Assembly: GCF_000142905.1 (NCBI RefSeq)
Contig: NW_013657628.1
Location: forward strand, 179,614 to 243,613
Direction of reading: 5' to 3'
DNA length: 64,000 nt
Source of the DNA: Thecamonas trahens ATCC 50062
Lineage: Eukaryota > Protista > Apusomonadida
The notes below the pieces were generated by a model, which searched no databases, was not told the DNA's origin, and saw nothing but the letters and a program-made list of their open reading frames with translations. Of this stretch, positions 1 to 11,044 are shown one piece after another (within the stretch, counting starts at the first letter, position 1; each line of letters begins with the position of its first letter). The position numbers and the translations under genes were made by a program.

Positions 1-128
1 CCCCCCCCCCCCCGGAGCCTTTTAAAACATCATCACTCAACTCGTATTTATCAAACTCCCCCCCCCCCCACCCCTCCCTCCCCCCCCCCCCCCCCCCCTC
101 CTCTTGCCCCCTACCAGCCATTGATCAA

Positions 129-1388
129 ATGGCGAGTGATCCCACGACGACCACGCCCACCACGACGACCATGCCCACCACGACGACCATGCCCACCACG
201 ACAACGGAACCTACCACGACGACGACCGCCAGCACCAATGCAGTGGCTGTGGATGACCCTATCCCGCCACTGGTCACGGTGACGGCAGCTGCAGGCACGG
301 CATTGGCTCGGGCAGAGGCACTGGCGGCGGCGGCGGCTGCAGGCGATGGCACCCATGGAGGGACGCTGTCTAAGCGGGCGGCGAAGCGGAAGCGGCGGGC
401 GGAAGAGAATGCGGCGCGAAAGGCGGAGAAGCGAAAGATGCAGAAAATTCGGCGGAAGGAGCTGCGGAAGCGGGCAAAGTTGCTCGGCAAGGAGGTGCCA
501 TCGGCCAAGCCCGGCCCATGGAGCGACAGCAAGCTGACGGGCGTGACGGTGGTTGTGGACCTGACCTTTGATCGCCTTATGCGCCCGCACGAGATCAAGT
601 CCATGACCAACCAGCTGATGCAGTGCTACGGGAAGAACAGGCGGGCACCGGCACCGGCTACTCTCGTCCTCGCCGCCCCGGACGATCCGGCCGAAGCGCC
701 GGTCATCGAGCGGCTGCACAACACCATGCAGATCGTGCCCAAGAATGGGTGGGGCCTCTGGTCGCCACCGCCGGGCAACGAGCGCACCTCGCTCAATGGG
801 TTGTACTTTGCTAGGGGCCCTGATCTGCTCTCTGCCCTCGCCGAGGACGACCTCTCGTCGCTGGTCTACCTCACGCCAGACACCGAGAACGACATCGATT
901 CGTTTGAAGTCGGCAAGAAGTACATCATCGGCGGCTTTGTCGACAAGAACAGGTTCAAGGGCATCACCGCCGAAAAGGCTGACACGCTGGGCATTGCTAA
1001 AGCCCGCCTGCCCATTGGCCCGTACATCGCCCAGGGCTCCCGCCAGGTCATCACCGTCAACCAGGTCTTTGAGATCATCCTCGCCTTCCTCGAGCTTAAC
1101 GACTGGGAGGCCGCCTTTTTCCGCGTCGTCCCCAAGCGCAAGCGCGCTCCCGGAAGCTCAAGGGCCGCCCCTGCTGCCGCCCCCGCCCCTGCTGCCGCCC
1201 CTGCTGCCGCCCCTGCTGCTCCTGCCGCTGTCGCCACCGCTGCCGCCCCTGCTGCTACCACTGCCGACCCTGCTGCTGCTCCCGCTGCCGCCCCTGCTGC
1301 CGTCCCCGCCCCCGCCCCCGCTCCCACTGCTGCTTCCGCGGCCTCTCCCCCAGCCACTGCGCCGGCTGCCATGGACGAGACATCGTAA
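129..1388 (+). CDS. TRM10: tRNA (guanine-9-N1)-methyltransferase, Trm10/TRMT10A family (SPOUT)
   Basis: Motifs VVDLTFDRLM..EIKSM..QL..CYG.NRR, LVYLTPD, YIIGGFVDKNR, ARLPI and VITVNQVFEI..W..AF..V.PKRK. Thr-rich N-terminus and Ala/Pro-rich C-terminus are low complexity. Confidence 0.93.
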   Translation: MASDPTTTTPTTTTMPTTTTMPTTTTEPTTTTTASTNAVAVDDPIPPLVTVTAAAGTALARAEALAAAAAAGDGTHGGTLSKRAAKRKRRAEENAARKAEKRKMQKIRRKELRKRAKLLGKEVPSAKPGPWSDSKLTGVTVVVDLTFDRLMRPHEIKSMTNQLMQCYGKNRRAPAPATLVLAAPDDPAEAPVIERLHNTMQIVPKNGWGLWSPPPGNERTSLNGLYFARGPDLLSALAEDDLSSLVYLTPDTENDIDSFEVGKKYIIGGFVDKNRFKGITAEKADTLGIAKARLPIGPYIAQGSRQVITVNQVFEIILAFLELNDWEAAFFRVVPKRKRAPGSSRAAPAAAPAPAAAPAAAPAAPAAVATAAAPAATTADPAAAPAAAPAAVPAPAPAPTAASAASPPATAPAAMDETS

Positions 1389-1409
1389 CACTCATGGTTT
1401 ACACAGCGC

Positions 1410-4400
1410 CTACACCAGGACGTCGCCGACGCCGAGCTGCGACTTGTAGAAGAGGACAAACTTGCGATCGCCCCGGACCTGCGAGTGCATGAGGTGGTGG
1501 TGCGAGAGAGGGCGGGCGTCGACGAGGGCGGTGAGCTGCGGGACAACGTCGACGATGGCATGGGCATGCAAGGTGGCCGGACGGCGGAACGGCGGCGACG
1601 GCGGGTCCGAGGGAGTCACGCCTGCGATGGAGAGAAAGGCGAGGAAGAACATCGAGGTCTTCTGCTTGGAGCCGTGGCGGAGGTAGTGGGTGTGTTGCGG
1701 CATGACGTGGGCCTTCTCCATCAGCTCGTACGCAGTGTTGACTACGACCTTGGCCACCGAGAGCGCCTCCTTGGCCTCGAGCGCATTGATGGTGTCGAGG
1801 ACAGAAACCTCGGTCAGCCACCAGCCGCCCAGTTTGGACGGGATGACATCGCCGACGACCGTGTCCGACGGTGGCGGCGCATCGTTGCCGTTGACGTCGA
1901 TCCACCCGTGGGTGTGCTCCGGCACGGCGTGCATCCGCGCCTCCAACACCTGCAGCTGTGCCCAGACGTAGCCGTAGTACATGTGCAGTCGCTTGAAGAA
2001 CGCCTCGGCCAGAGCCGGCTCGGCAGGCAGCAGGACCGACGGATGGTACACTTGCGCCAGCCGCAGGAACGCCCGGAACACAAAGGCCTCGTCGGTGTGC
2101 CGCAGGCCAAGGTCAGCCAGTCGTGTTGCCACCGCCTCGCCGCTCCGCCGCAGCATTTCCACCGTCTCGGGCCCGGCTGCAGTTGCCGGGGTGACTGCGG
2201 CTGCCGGAGCGTCAGCCTCGCTCTCCCCCGGCGTCTCAGCCGACTCGTCGGCCTCCAGCTCGATAGTGAGAACCCGGACGGCGACGTCGACAACCTCGCG
2301 ATACGTTGCGCGCGGCACGTCGTCGGTGACCATGGTCAGCAGGTCGGCGCCAAGCGCCACGGCGTCGACCTCAGCCAGAATGTCATGCTTGAAGAATGAG
2401 GAGAGCACCCGCTTGGCGGCACCGACAAAGGCATCACCCGGCCCGCTTCCGTCCATAAACGCCGTGTGTGCAGCACGAAGGCTTTGGGTCAGCTCGGCCT
2501 GGTTCTGGATCGAGCCGACTTGGAAGAGCGACGAGAGGTCGAGACTGGCGCTTGCGTTGTCGGCACTTGCACTCGTTGCGCCTGTCGAGTTGGACTGGTT
2601 GAGATCCTTGAGCACCACTGACCGGTACGACGCCGTCGAGCCGCTTGCCGTGCCCGATGCCGAGACTGAGCCGTTTCCGCTTGCAGTCGCTTCCACCGGC
2701 TTGGCGGCTTCAGCCGCAGGGCGGGTCTTGCGCGGCGACGGCTTGAGGGCTAGTTGTTCAAGCCGCTCACGCTCGGCAGCGGCGACAACTGCAGCCACAG
2801 CAGCAGCAGCTGCGGCGGCGGCGGATGCCGGTGAGGAGGCGGGGCCGGGGTTGAGGTCGGTCTGGGCCGGGTGGGTGGGCGCGGGCGTGGATGCGGGCAT
2901 AGGTGTAGGCTCAGGGGCGGGCGCGGATGTAGGCTCAGAGGCGGGCGCGGATGTAGGCTCAGAGGCGGGCGCGGGTGCAGGCTCAGGGGCGGGCGCAGGG
3001 GCGGGCACGGGTGCAGGTGCAGGCTCAGGGGCATGCACGCCGTGCGGATTGCGCATCGGCTCGGGCGCACTGTCGAGAAGCGGCGCTGAGACAGGATGGC
3101 CGCCAGTGAGCGCGCCGTTGACAGGTGCCAGGGCAAAGTCTGCCGAGCCGATGGCAGCCTCAAAGATGCTGCCTGTGCTTGCGGGCACCATGTCGCCGGT
3201 GTCCGAGACCGACGGCGATGGTGAAGGCGACGGCGACGGCGACGGGTCGATGCTGCTGTCCTCCGGCTTCCTGTGCTTGCGGCGCTTACGGTGCTTGTGC
3301 GACGAGTGCGACGAGTGCGACGAGTGCGACGAGTGCGACGAGTGCTTGTTCTTGTGCTTGTGCTTGCTCTTGTGAACAACCCGAACAGATGACGAGACGA
3401 CGATGCCATCGGCGTTGAGGTCTGCTGACGGAGTGTACTCGACGAGGCGTGCAGCCGTTGATGACGACGGCTGGCGAAGGGCAGACTTGTCGAGCGCAGC
3501 AGGGGTCAGTGGTTTGCCTGTGGGGAACAAGCTCGTGCTGTCGGTGCTGGTGTTGGTATCAGCGCCGGACGGCTCGGCGCCGGCCGGGTTGGCAATCTGC
3601 AGTGCTGCCGGAGCCTTGGAAGGTGGCGAGGCAGGCGGAGGGGAGGCAGGCGCAGCCTGCGCCCGTGGTACATACTCGACAAGCAGCGCATGAACAGCGC
3701 CGGCGATGGAGGCAAAGTGGCGCTCAAAGGTGACCGGCTCGCTGGGCGCAGTCAGCTCGTTGAGTTGAAAGAGCGAGAGGTCCATGGGGATGGCAGCGAG
3801 GCCCTCGGATGCGGCGGGGACCTGGACCAGGATGTCCCTGCAGTCGAAATCAGCCATAAACGCCCAGCGGTGGTAGTACTTGTCGAGGTCGAGAACAGGC
3901 GCGGGACCATCAAAGGCATCGGCGATGAGCTCAAACAGCATCTGGCCCGAGAGGGCAGCACGGAGAACAGCACGAGCACGAACAACGTCCTTGGCATCCC
4001 TTGGCAGATCATCAACCTCGGCACGGACGCCTGCGGCTCTCTCCGATGCTGCCAGGAGGGTCTTGAGCATAGCCCAGAGGGGATCGATGCGGAGTAGCCG
4101 AGTCCGTGATGAGCCAGCCTTTAAGCCGTGTCGCAGAATGGCCTCCAAAATGGCTTCCAAAGGCGAATACACAGGATGTGTCCGAGTCAGTCGCTGTTGC
4201 ATTCGCCTGTCACCACCACCACCACCACCACCACCTTGTCCGTCTCCTCCATCATTGGCACATGCCGAGCCGCTCGTGCCTCCGCTCGTCACCGGCTTGC
4301 TGGTCGACGTGGAGGAGGTGCTGGTGGTGCCCATGGCGAGGACGACCAAGTTGACTGCAGAGGAAAAGGTCGAGAGGAGCGACTCGCGCGCACGCTCAGC

Positions 4401-4421
4401 ATCATGTCCACCACTTGCCAT
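1410..4421 (-). CDS. RUN-domain protein with long low-complexity linker and uncharacterised C-terminal domain
   Basis: RUN-like motifs LEAILRHGLK, RARAVLRAAL, LDKYYHRWAFM. Start placed at ATG 4421 (MASGGHD) because the ORF upstream is C/CA-rich leader sequence. Confidence 0.7.
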   Translation of the reverse strand: MASGGHDAERARESLLSTFSSAVNLVVLAMGTTSTSSTSTSKPVTSGGTSGSACANDGGDGQGGGGGGGGDRRMQQRLTRTHPVYSPLEAILEAILRHGLKAGSSRTRLLRIDPLWAMLKTLLAASERAAGVRAEVDDLPRDAKDVVRARAVLRAALSGQMLFELIADAFDGPAPVLDLDKYYHRWAFMADFDCRDILVQVPAASEGLAAIPMDLSLFQLNELTAPSEPVTFERHFASIAGAVHALLVEYVPRAQAAPASPPPASPPSKAPAALQIANPAGAEPSGADTNTSTDSTSLFPTGKPLTPAALDKSALRQPSSSTAARLVEYTPSADLNADGIVVSSSVRVVHKSKHKHKNKHSSHSSHSSHSSHSSHKHRKRRKHRKPEDSSIDPSPSPSPSPSPSVSDTGDMVPASTGSIFEAAIGSADFALAPVNGALTGGHPVSAPLLDSAPEPMRNPHGVHAPEPAPAPVPAPAPAPEPAPAPASEPTSAPASEPTSAPAPEPTPMPASTPAPTHPAQTDLNPGPASSPASAAAAAAAAVAAVVAAAERERLEQLALKPSPRKTRPAAEAAKPVEATASGNGSVSASGTASGSTASYRSVVLKDLNQSNSTGATSASADNASASLDLSSLFQVGSIQNQAELTQSLRAAHTAFMDGSGPGDAFVGAAKRVLSSFFKHDILAEVDAVALGADLLTMVTDDVPRATYREVVDVAVRVLTIELEADESAETPGESEADAPAAAVTPATAAGPETVEMLRRSGEAVATRLADLGLRHTDEAFVFRAFLRLAQVYHPSVLLPAEPALAEAFFKRLHMYYGYVWAQLQVLEARMHAVPEHTHGWIDVNGNDAPPPSDTVVGDVIPSKLGGWWLTEVSVLDTINALEAKEALSVAKVVVNTAYELMEKAHVMPQHTHYLRHGSKQKTSMFFLAFLSIAGVTPSDPPSPPFRRPATLHAHAIVDVVPQLTALVDARPLSHHHLMHSQVRGDRKFVLFYKSQLGVGDVLV

Positions 4422-4655
4422 GGGTATGGGGTGGTGGAGTGGAATGTGTGTGTGTGGTGGGGGTGGGGGGTGGGGGGGGTGTTGGGGGTACGGAGGGGAA
4501 CGGGAGTGTGGCGGCGAGTCACGTTTGGCGAACGTGACTGGCTCGTGGCAGGCGCCAGCGGCATGCTGGGTGACGACGAGGCGATGGGGATGGAACGAAT
4601 AATGGAAAATCACGTAGAATTATGTGTGTGCGGGGAGGGGGAGAGGGGGAAGTGT

Positions 4656-6464
4656 CTACGCAAAGAGAACGAGAAGCGAGGCAACAAAGGCGACGGCAGC
4701 GACGAGGAGCGGCTGCGCGGCGAGGCCAAGGGTGGCAGACGACTGAGCGTTGATGTTGGCATCAGCTTGCGAGCGGTCGATCTTCGACTCGGGGTCCCAC
4801 GACCACGAGGTCTCCGAGGTCTGGAATGAGGCGTAGGTGCAGACGTACTTGGCGGTGCCGACGTTCTCGGAGAGGGTGTTGAGGAAGTCGGGCTCGGAGC
4901 GCCAGGCAGAGGTGATCTCGCCGCAGTCGGAAGGCGCCGAGACAGCGACGTCGAATTCGGCGCCAGCGGCGGTCTTGGCCTTGGGCGCAAAGCCGATGGA
5001 GCCGGCACCAACGGTCAGAGTCTCCGAGGCCGAGTTGGCAGTGCCGGCGGCGGTGGCCGAGGCAACGACCATGCGGACGCCGAGAGCCTCGCCGGCGGCA
5101 AGGGTGATGCCAGACGAGGTGAGATCGCACTTGGCATCGTACGGCTGGTAGCGCTTGTTGTTGGACGGGGCGTCCCACTCCTCGGCACCAAAGTAGCAGA
5201 TGTACTTGAGCGTGCCGCCGTCGACGTTTGAAGTCAGCTCCCACTTGTTGATGGTGACCGATGTGTTGGCGGCGCCGGTGGTGGTCACAGTCGAGGAAGA
5301 GAAGCCGACGTTCGAGACGGCGGTAAAGGTCGGGGCAGTGCCGGTGCCGGCCACGTACCCGTTAGGATGCTCCGACGTCTTGTACTTGAAGACCGAGTCG
5401 AGGAGGACAAAGAAGGCCGCGCCACGGTAGCCGGGCATGCCATTGTTGTTGGCATTGGAGATCGAAGTACCGGCGTTGGCAATCATGTACGCCGAGCCGG
5501 TGAAGAACGGCAGAGTGGCCGGCATGCCAAAGCCACCAGAGGAGTAGAACAGGAAGGCCCTGAACTGGATACCATCAAAGGCGTTGGCGGCGGCCTGCGA
5601 CGAGCCCGAGGCAAAGGTGGGCGCCATGTCGAGCTCGGCGCGGACGTAGAACGATGAGAACGAGATGGCCAGGCGGTAGGTGCAGGTCTCGGAGCAGGTG
5701 TGGCGGTCAGTAGCCGGCCACCAGCAGTCAAAGATCTGAGTGATGCCCGGCGTGATGAGCTTCTTGCCGGTGGCATGGTTGCCCTCGACGCACATCCCGC
5801 CAGCCTTGGGGTTCTCAGAATCGCGAGTGTCGAGCCCAATGACCCAAACACATCCAGCCTCGGCACCGCAAGAGCACGACGACGAGTGCTTGTCGCAGTC
5901 GGACTGCGCCCGCGAGGTGACAGCTGTGGTTTTGGGCGGTGAGGTGAGTAAAAGGAAAAAAAAGGGAGGTGAAAGTGGTGGAGCGGGAAGAGGGGGAAGA
6001 GGAGGAAGGGCAGATAGAGGAAGGAGAAAAGAAGAGTGTATGAAGAGGTGGAAAGTGTGCAAATGGTAATGGTAGAGGGGGGGGATGGAGGGAGGGGAGG
6101 GGATGGGAAGGAGGGAGGGGGAAAGAGGGAAGGTGAGGACGGAGAGAGGATGAAAAAAAAAAGTGCAAGTGCGAAGAAAAGAGGAAGAAGAGGGGAAGAC
6201 AGGGGAAGTGGGGAGGGGGGAAGTGGGGGATGGGGAATGTGGGGCTGTGTTGGAAGGGATGGAGGAGGGAGGATGGAGTGTGGTGCTGTGGTGGTGCTGT
6301 TTGGTCTGCGTACAGTGCTCGGGAGTGGCAGCCATGGCGGAGGCGATCTTGTCCGACAACTCATTCTTCAACGCGGCGCGAACGTCATGCTCGGACGGGG
6401 TGTACGTGGCAGCAGCCAAGGCAGCAAGGCCAAGGAGTGCAAGAACAAACACAGCAGCACGCAT
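4656..6464 (-). CDS. Secreted, probably GPI-anchored surface protein; 2 exons (6464-6314, 5923-4656), about 472 aa
   Basis: Signal peptide MRAAVFVLALLGLAALAAA, Cys-rich segment (CDKHSSSCSCGAEAGCVW), C-terminal SSA plus hydrophobic tail. Intron 6313-5924 (390 nt): GTACGC...TACTCAC...ACAG, frame preserved. Confidence 0.8.
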   Translation of the reverse strand: MRAAVFVLALLGLAALAAATYTPSEHDVRAALKNELSDKIASAMAATPEHCTQTKQHHHSTTLHPPSSIPSNTAPHSPSPTSPLPTSPVFPSSSSFLRTCTFFFHPLSVLTFPLSPSLLPIPSPPSIPPLYHYHLHTFHLFIHSSFLLPLSALPPLPPLPAPPLSPPFFFLLLTSPPKTTAVTSRAQSDCDKHSSSCSCGAEAGCVWVIGLDTRDSENPKAGGMCVEGNHATGKKLITPGITQIFDCWWPATDRHTCSETCTYRLAISFSSFYVRAELDMAPTFASGSSQAAANAFDGIQFRAFLFYSSGGFGMPATLPFFTGSAYMIANAGTSISNANNNGMPGYRGAAFFVLLDSVFKYKTSEHPNGYVAGTGTAPTFTAVSNVGFSSSTVTTTGAANTSVTINKWELTSNVDGGTLKYICYFGAEEWDAPSNNKRYQPYDAKCDLTSSGITLAAGEALGVRMVVASATAAGTANSASETLTVGAGSIGFAPKAKTAAGAEFDVAVSAPSDCGEITSAWRSEPDFLNTLSENVGTAKYVCTYASFQTSETSWSWDPESKIDRSQADANINAQSSATLGLAAQPLLVAAVAFVASLLVLFA

Positions 6465-6854
6465 GGTTTGTGAACAAAGTCAACTGGTCAGCCAACAGAG
6501 TCAGATGTGTCTGGTGGTGGTGGTGGTGGTGGTGCGGGGGCAGTGACTCCTCAGCCGTGTTCTGTGCCCGCAATGACTACGTGTCGTTGCGCAACGGTCT
6601 CCACCACCACGTGTGTTGAGCACGTGCCCATGCCCCTAGCTGACAGGCACAGCGTACTCATACTGATCATCGGCCGCATGATGCCGGAGCATGACGGGTT
6701 GGTCATGACCGATTCCGGGCTTGGATGGCTGATCTAGTGGCGGAGAGGCCATTGCGGTGGAGGTGGCCTTTCGGAGGCTCTAGAGGTGGCCACTTGGAGG
6801 CTCCGGAGGCTCGCCCACGGGCACGAGGCGACTTGTCTCTCAGGTGGCAAGGAG

Positions 6855-8117
6855 ATGCTTACACGACGGATTGCGAGTGCGGCCGGGTGCGGCGTGGTGG
6901 TGGGCGTGGCTTTGGGCGTGGCTTTGGGCCGGGTGCTGGCGGTACGGGCGGTGCGGGCGAGCATGGCCAAGCTGGAGGCTGCGTCTGCACGACGGAGCGC
7001 ATCGGTGGCTGCGCTGGCGGCCAAGGCCGGGAGCGAGCTAGAGACAGCGAGTACGATGGTGGCAGGTGAGGGGCGGGTCAAGATCCATGCGCTCGAGCCC
7101 GAGTCTGTGGTCCTCGCCTCACTGCCGACTCGGGTGGCTGAGGGCGTGGTCATCGAGGTACCCTCGTGCGACAAGGAGGTGGTCATCGATATCAAGGTCG
7201 ATGCCGAGACCGGCGCTGAGCTGTCGGGCAACAAGGTGCGTAAGCTGGAGTATTTGATGGCGGACGCGGTGAGGAGCGGTGCCACACATGTGGTGACCAA
7301 CGGTGGCGCGCAGTCAAACTTTGCTCGGGCTACGGCGCTTGCGGCGCGCCGGCTCGGCCTCACCCCGCTCATGCTGCTGCGCCAGCCCGGGCCCGGGTCG
7401 AGCATCGAGGCCGAGGAAGCCAAAGGCAACTTGCTGCTGATGCGGCTGGCTGGGACTCGTATTGGTTGGATGCCGCGTGATCTGTTCTCCGAACCGGCAC
7501 GGCGGATGGAGGCCATGCGTGCGCTGGGCGCCGCCGAGGGTGCTCGCGACACGACGTACGTGGTGCCGCAGGGCGGATCGAATGCACTCGGCTCGTGGGG
7601 CTACGTCCGCATGGTGGCCGAGCTCCTCAACGCCGAAGGCGGGTGCCGGTACAAGACGCTGGCGCTGGCGGTGGGCTCGGGCGGCTCGTTTGCTGGCGTT
7701 CTGCTTGGGCGGGCGCTGCTCGGCCTCACTGACTCGCTGCAGGTGGTTGGCGTGCCGGTCTGCGACGACGCGGCGTTCTTCGACAAGGTCATTGCGCGGA
7801 TTTTTGACGAGTTCAACGCTGCCCATGCTACGCAGCTTGTGCCGGGACCGTACACTCTGCTCGATGGCTACGTGGGCAAGGGCTACGGCATCGCCTATCC
7901 CGAGTCGATGGCGGTGCTGGCGTCGGTGGCTCGGAAGGCAGGACTTGTCCTCGACCCGGTCTACTCGTCTAAGGCCCTCTATGGAGTGGTGCACGCGGCA
8001 GCAACCGGAAAGATCGCACTTGCAGAGCCGGCGTGCTTTGTTCATACGGGCGGCATCTACGGGACGCTGGCGCAGGGCGAGGGAGCGCTGGCGGCAGCCA
8101 ACGGGCGCGGGCAGTGA
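6855..8117 (+). CDS. dcyD: PLP-dependent D-cysteine desulfhydrase (ACC deaminase/D-CDes family) with N-terminal hydrophobic anchor
   Basis: LSGNKVRKLEYL (PLP lysine), GGAQSN, PQGGSNALG, GSGG, LDPVYSSKA, HTGG. The YS/HT residues match D-CDes rather than ACC deaminase (YE/HL). Confidence 0.85.
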   Translation: MLTRRIASAAGCGVVVGVALGVALGRVLAVRAVRASMAKLEAASARRSASVAALAAKAGSELETASTMVAGEGRVKIHALEPESVVLASLPTRVAEGVVIEVPSCDKEVVIDIKVDAETGAELSGNKVRKLEYLMADAVRSGATHVVTNGGAQSNFARATALAARRLGLTPLMLLRQPGPGSSIEAEEAKGNLLLMRLAGTRIGWMPRDLFSEPARRMEAMRALGAAEGARDTTYVVPQGGSNALGSWGYVRMVAELLNAEGGCRYKTLALAVGSGGSFAGVLLGRALLGLTDSLQVVGVPVCDDAAFFDKVIARIFDEFNAAHATQLVPGPYTLLDGYVGKGYGIAYPESMAVLASVARKAGLVLDPVYSSKALYGVVHAAATGKIALAEPACFVHTGGIYGTLAQGEGALAAANGRGQ

Positions 8118-8147
8118 GAGCAGGCGGCCGGCTACCCAAGGTTGTGG

Positions 8148-9978
8148 TCACCAGACTGCACCGCGGCAGCGGGCGAGGTACTGGTACGGCGAGGAGGCCA
8201 TGTTCTTGGCAATGACATCCATCCACTCTTCGCGCTCCTCAGAGGACGAGGCCGCCATGAGCAACGACTTGTGATGGCCCTCCTCCATCTTTCCGCCGGT
8301 CCGCTTGCCGGTCTTGATCTTGTCCTGAGTCGGCGAGTAAATCTCAAAGGCGTGCGGCTTGACGTCAGAGAGGCGGAGGGCGAGCGACTCGAGCGGAAGG
8401 ATGCCCTTGGGCGCCGGGTCCTCCTCTGACTTGAAGTAGTAGAGGCAGTGGCCAGTGAGGACAAAGTAGCGCCGGCGCCAGGTCGGGATGCGGCCGCCGC
8501 GCTTGCGGAGGTAGCCCTTCTTGTTGGCGTCGGCAAAGGTAGCGGCGGTCTCATCCTCGACCTCCATGGCGATTGGGTTGGCGGCAATGTCGTCGTAGAG
8601 CGCGGCGAGGAGCTGTGTGTCGACGTCAGAGCCACCGTCGATGCCGCGGAGCCGCGAGGAGAACTCGTCCTTGGTCATCTTGCGCTTGATTGACGGGTTG
8701 TGCAGGTCCGTCTGAAGCATGATGAGGGCAAAGGCGAGGATGTAGACCGTGTCAGCGTTGGCAAACAGGCCCGGGTTGTGGGTCACGTAGCGGGAGGCAA
8801 ACGACTCCATGAGACGATCGATCTTCTGGGCCTCGCCCGGCAGCCGGAACGTGGCCAGAAACATGCGGAGAGCCTCGAGGACCGAGAGGTCGGCGTAGTC
8901 AAACAGCTTCGAGAACGCAGTGACAACCTCGTCGATGCCCGGCTTGTCCGAGCCGAGATATGCGCCGATCTGCGACTTTTTGAGGCCCGGGAGCTTAAGC
9001 AGCCACCCTGCGCGCTCCTGCGGCGAGCCTCCGTCAGCAAACAGGCCGCGCTCCTCCATGTACTGCCAACACTCGGCCGGCTTTTTGTTGAACCGCTTGG
9101 CAGCGTTGGCCAGCAGCCGCTCCTTGGTGTGGAGCGAGGAGCCGTCGTCGACCACTTCGGCTATGCTCAACCGTGAGCCAGTCACACCCATGGCCGCGGC
9201 GCCGATCATAGGGCCGGCATGACGGTCCTGACTTGCGACCTCGGTGCTGGGTCCGTCGTCATTCAGGTACACCAGACCGTCAGAGGTAGCCTCGCGCTCG
9301 GCCTGCGACGCCGCAATAACGAGCGGGCGACCGAAACGGTCGCGCGAGATGGTGTCTTTGCGGGTGCCTGGCTTTCGGACAAGAACATACAGATCGCTTG
9401 AGCCGTCAACCGGGCGAGTCAGCATCGGATGCAGGTCCGACGACGACGAGATAGATCCAAGCGATGAGGTTGCCTCGTCGTCTGAGCCCAAAGCCGCTTC
9501 TAAAGCTCTGGCCTCTTCTTCTGCACGGATTTCCTCTTCCATCTGCAGCCATACCAACGAGTCATACCCATCAGCGTCACCAGCCCAGCCCCATCAGGCA
9601 TCGATCCATGTCCCCCCCCCCCCCCACCACCACGCAACACGCCATGCCACCATCCCCAGCCGACATCACCAATGTTCGCCATGTGCAACGACACCGACCC
9701 CCCGTCCCACCAGCACCAGCACCAGCACCAGCACCAGCACCAGCACCAGCACCAGCACCCATACCCATAGACACATATACATACACACCATAAGTCACCC
9801 ATACCCATACCCCCCTCCCCCCCCCCCCCCCCCCCCCTTCCCACCTCTCGCACCTCTCCCACCTCTCCCAGGTTCGTACCGCAGCGATTTCAGCGTCGAG
9901 CGAGGAGACGTCCTTCTGGACGCGGTCATATTGGGTGCGGGCAAGGAGGCGCTGACTACGGGCCACGTTGACGTCCAT
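8148..9978 (-). CDS. Cytohesin-type Arf GEF (coiled coil + Sec7 + PH); 2 exons (9978-9880, 9542-8148), about 497 aa
   Basis: Sec7 motif FRLPGEAQKIDRLME and LAFALIMLQTDLHNP; PH motif KGYLRKRGGRIPTWRRRYFVL...WM. Phase-0 intron 9879-9543 GTACGA...TGCAG. Start ATG is less certain. Confidence 0.9.
9709..9756. repeat. (ACCAGC)8 microsatellite within the cytohesin intron
   Basis: Read directly from the sequence. Confidence 0.9.
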
Positions 9979-10281
9979 GATCACTCTCTCCACACAAGGT
10001 GATGTTGATGATGATGATGATGATGATGATGTTGGATGTGAGGGAGAAGGGAGAGAGACTCAGCCGTAGTGCTGTCCGTGGCCGTCAAGTCACCTCTCTG
10101 CCAAGCGCGCAGTCGGCGGCGACTCACTGTGGCTGTAGAGAGAGGTGACTCGATCGTCGCCGAGAGGACGTGATCACCGGCCGTGAGGATGCAAGAGCTG
10201 ATTGCAATGAAGGTCCGCTTGCGCTTTGGTAATACATAGAACTCCATCTATTCCAAGTTTTCGGTTCCAGAACAAAGTAAT

Positions 10282-10659
10282 GCCTATAGTAGGGGGCTTC
10301 AAAGCTCCCGTTGTGCGCGTACAGTCACAGAAAACGCTCGGGAGCCGGGGCGACTCCAACTGCCCTTGCTCGTGCCCACCATGACCATGGGGATCGTCCC
10401 TCTTTCAGCGGTATGAAAAGCAACACTATGCGGATCAAAATCGTGTGTGAGCTTGCTTGACCCTGCCATGGCCTATAGTAGGGGGCTTCAAAGCTCCCGT
10501 TGTGCGCGTACAGTCACAGAAAACGCTCGGGAGCCGGGGCGACTCCAACTGCCCTTGCTCGTGCCCACCATGACCATGGGGATCGTCCCTCTTTCAACGG
10601 TATGAAAAGCAACACTATGCGGATCAAAATCGTGTGTGAGCTTGCTTGACCCTGCCATG
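10282..10659. repeat. Direct tandem duplication of a 189-bp unit (2 copies, 1 substitution)
   Basis: Copy 1 10282-10470, copy 2 10471-10659. Both start GCCTATAGTAGGGGGC and end GACCCTGCCATG; the only difference I found is CTTTCAGCGG vs CTTTCAACGG. Confidence 0.95.
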
Positions 10660-11044
10660 GCTAGTGCGGGCTCGAGGATGGCGTCAGATCTCGCGAGGCA
10701 ACGTTCGAGCTCAGCTTGCTCGACCAGCTCGTCGCTTCAACCACCGACAGCCACCAAACGCCCCCCCCCCCCACGCCCCCCCCCACCCCCAATACGTGGT
10801 GTGGTTAGGTAAGGCAGATCCGACGTGAGAAGGTCCGATCCTGACTTGAGCCTTTGCGGCAGGCGGCGCGCGCGCCGGTTGCGGCTCAACGGGCACAGGT
10901 GAGAAGTGCAGAGGGATAGGCTGGAGTCTGACCACATCTCTACAGAGAGCCCCGCTCGCGCATAGTGGTACGCAGGCCACGTCTGCACCTCATCACCTGG
11001 CAGAGAGTGTGCAGAGTGCAGGTTGGAGCAGGAGCGGTGAGAGC

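Noticed and set aside
10282-10470. 189-nt unit as U2 or U1 snRNA (similar length)
   Set aside because: No U2 branch-recognition GTAGTA region, no U1 5' sequence and no convincing Sm-site context on either strand.
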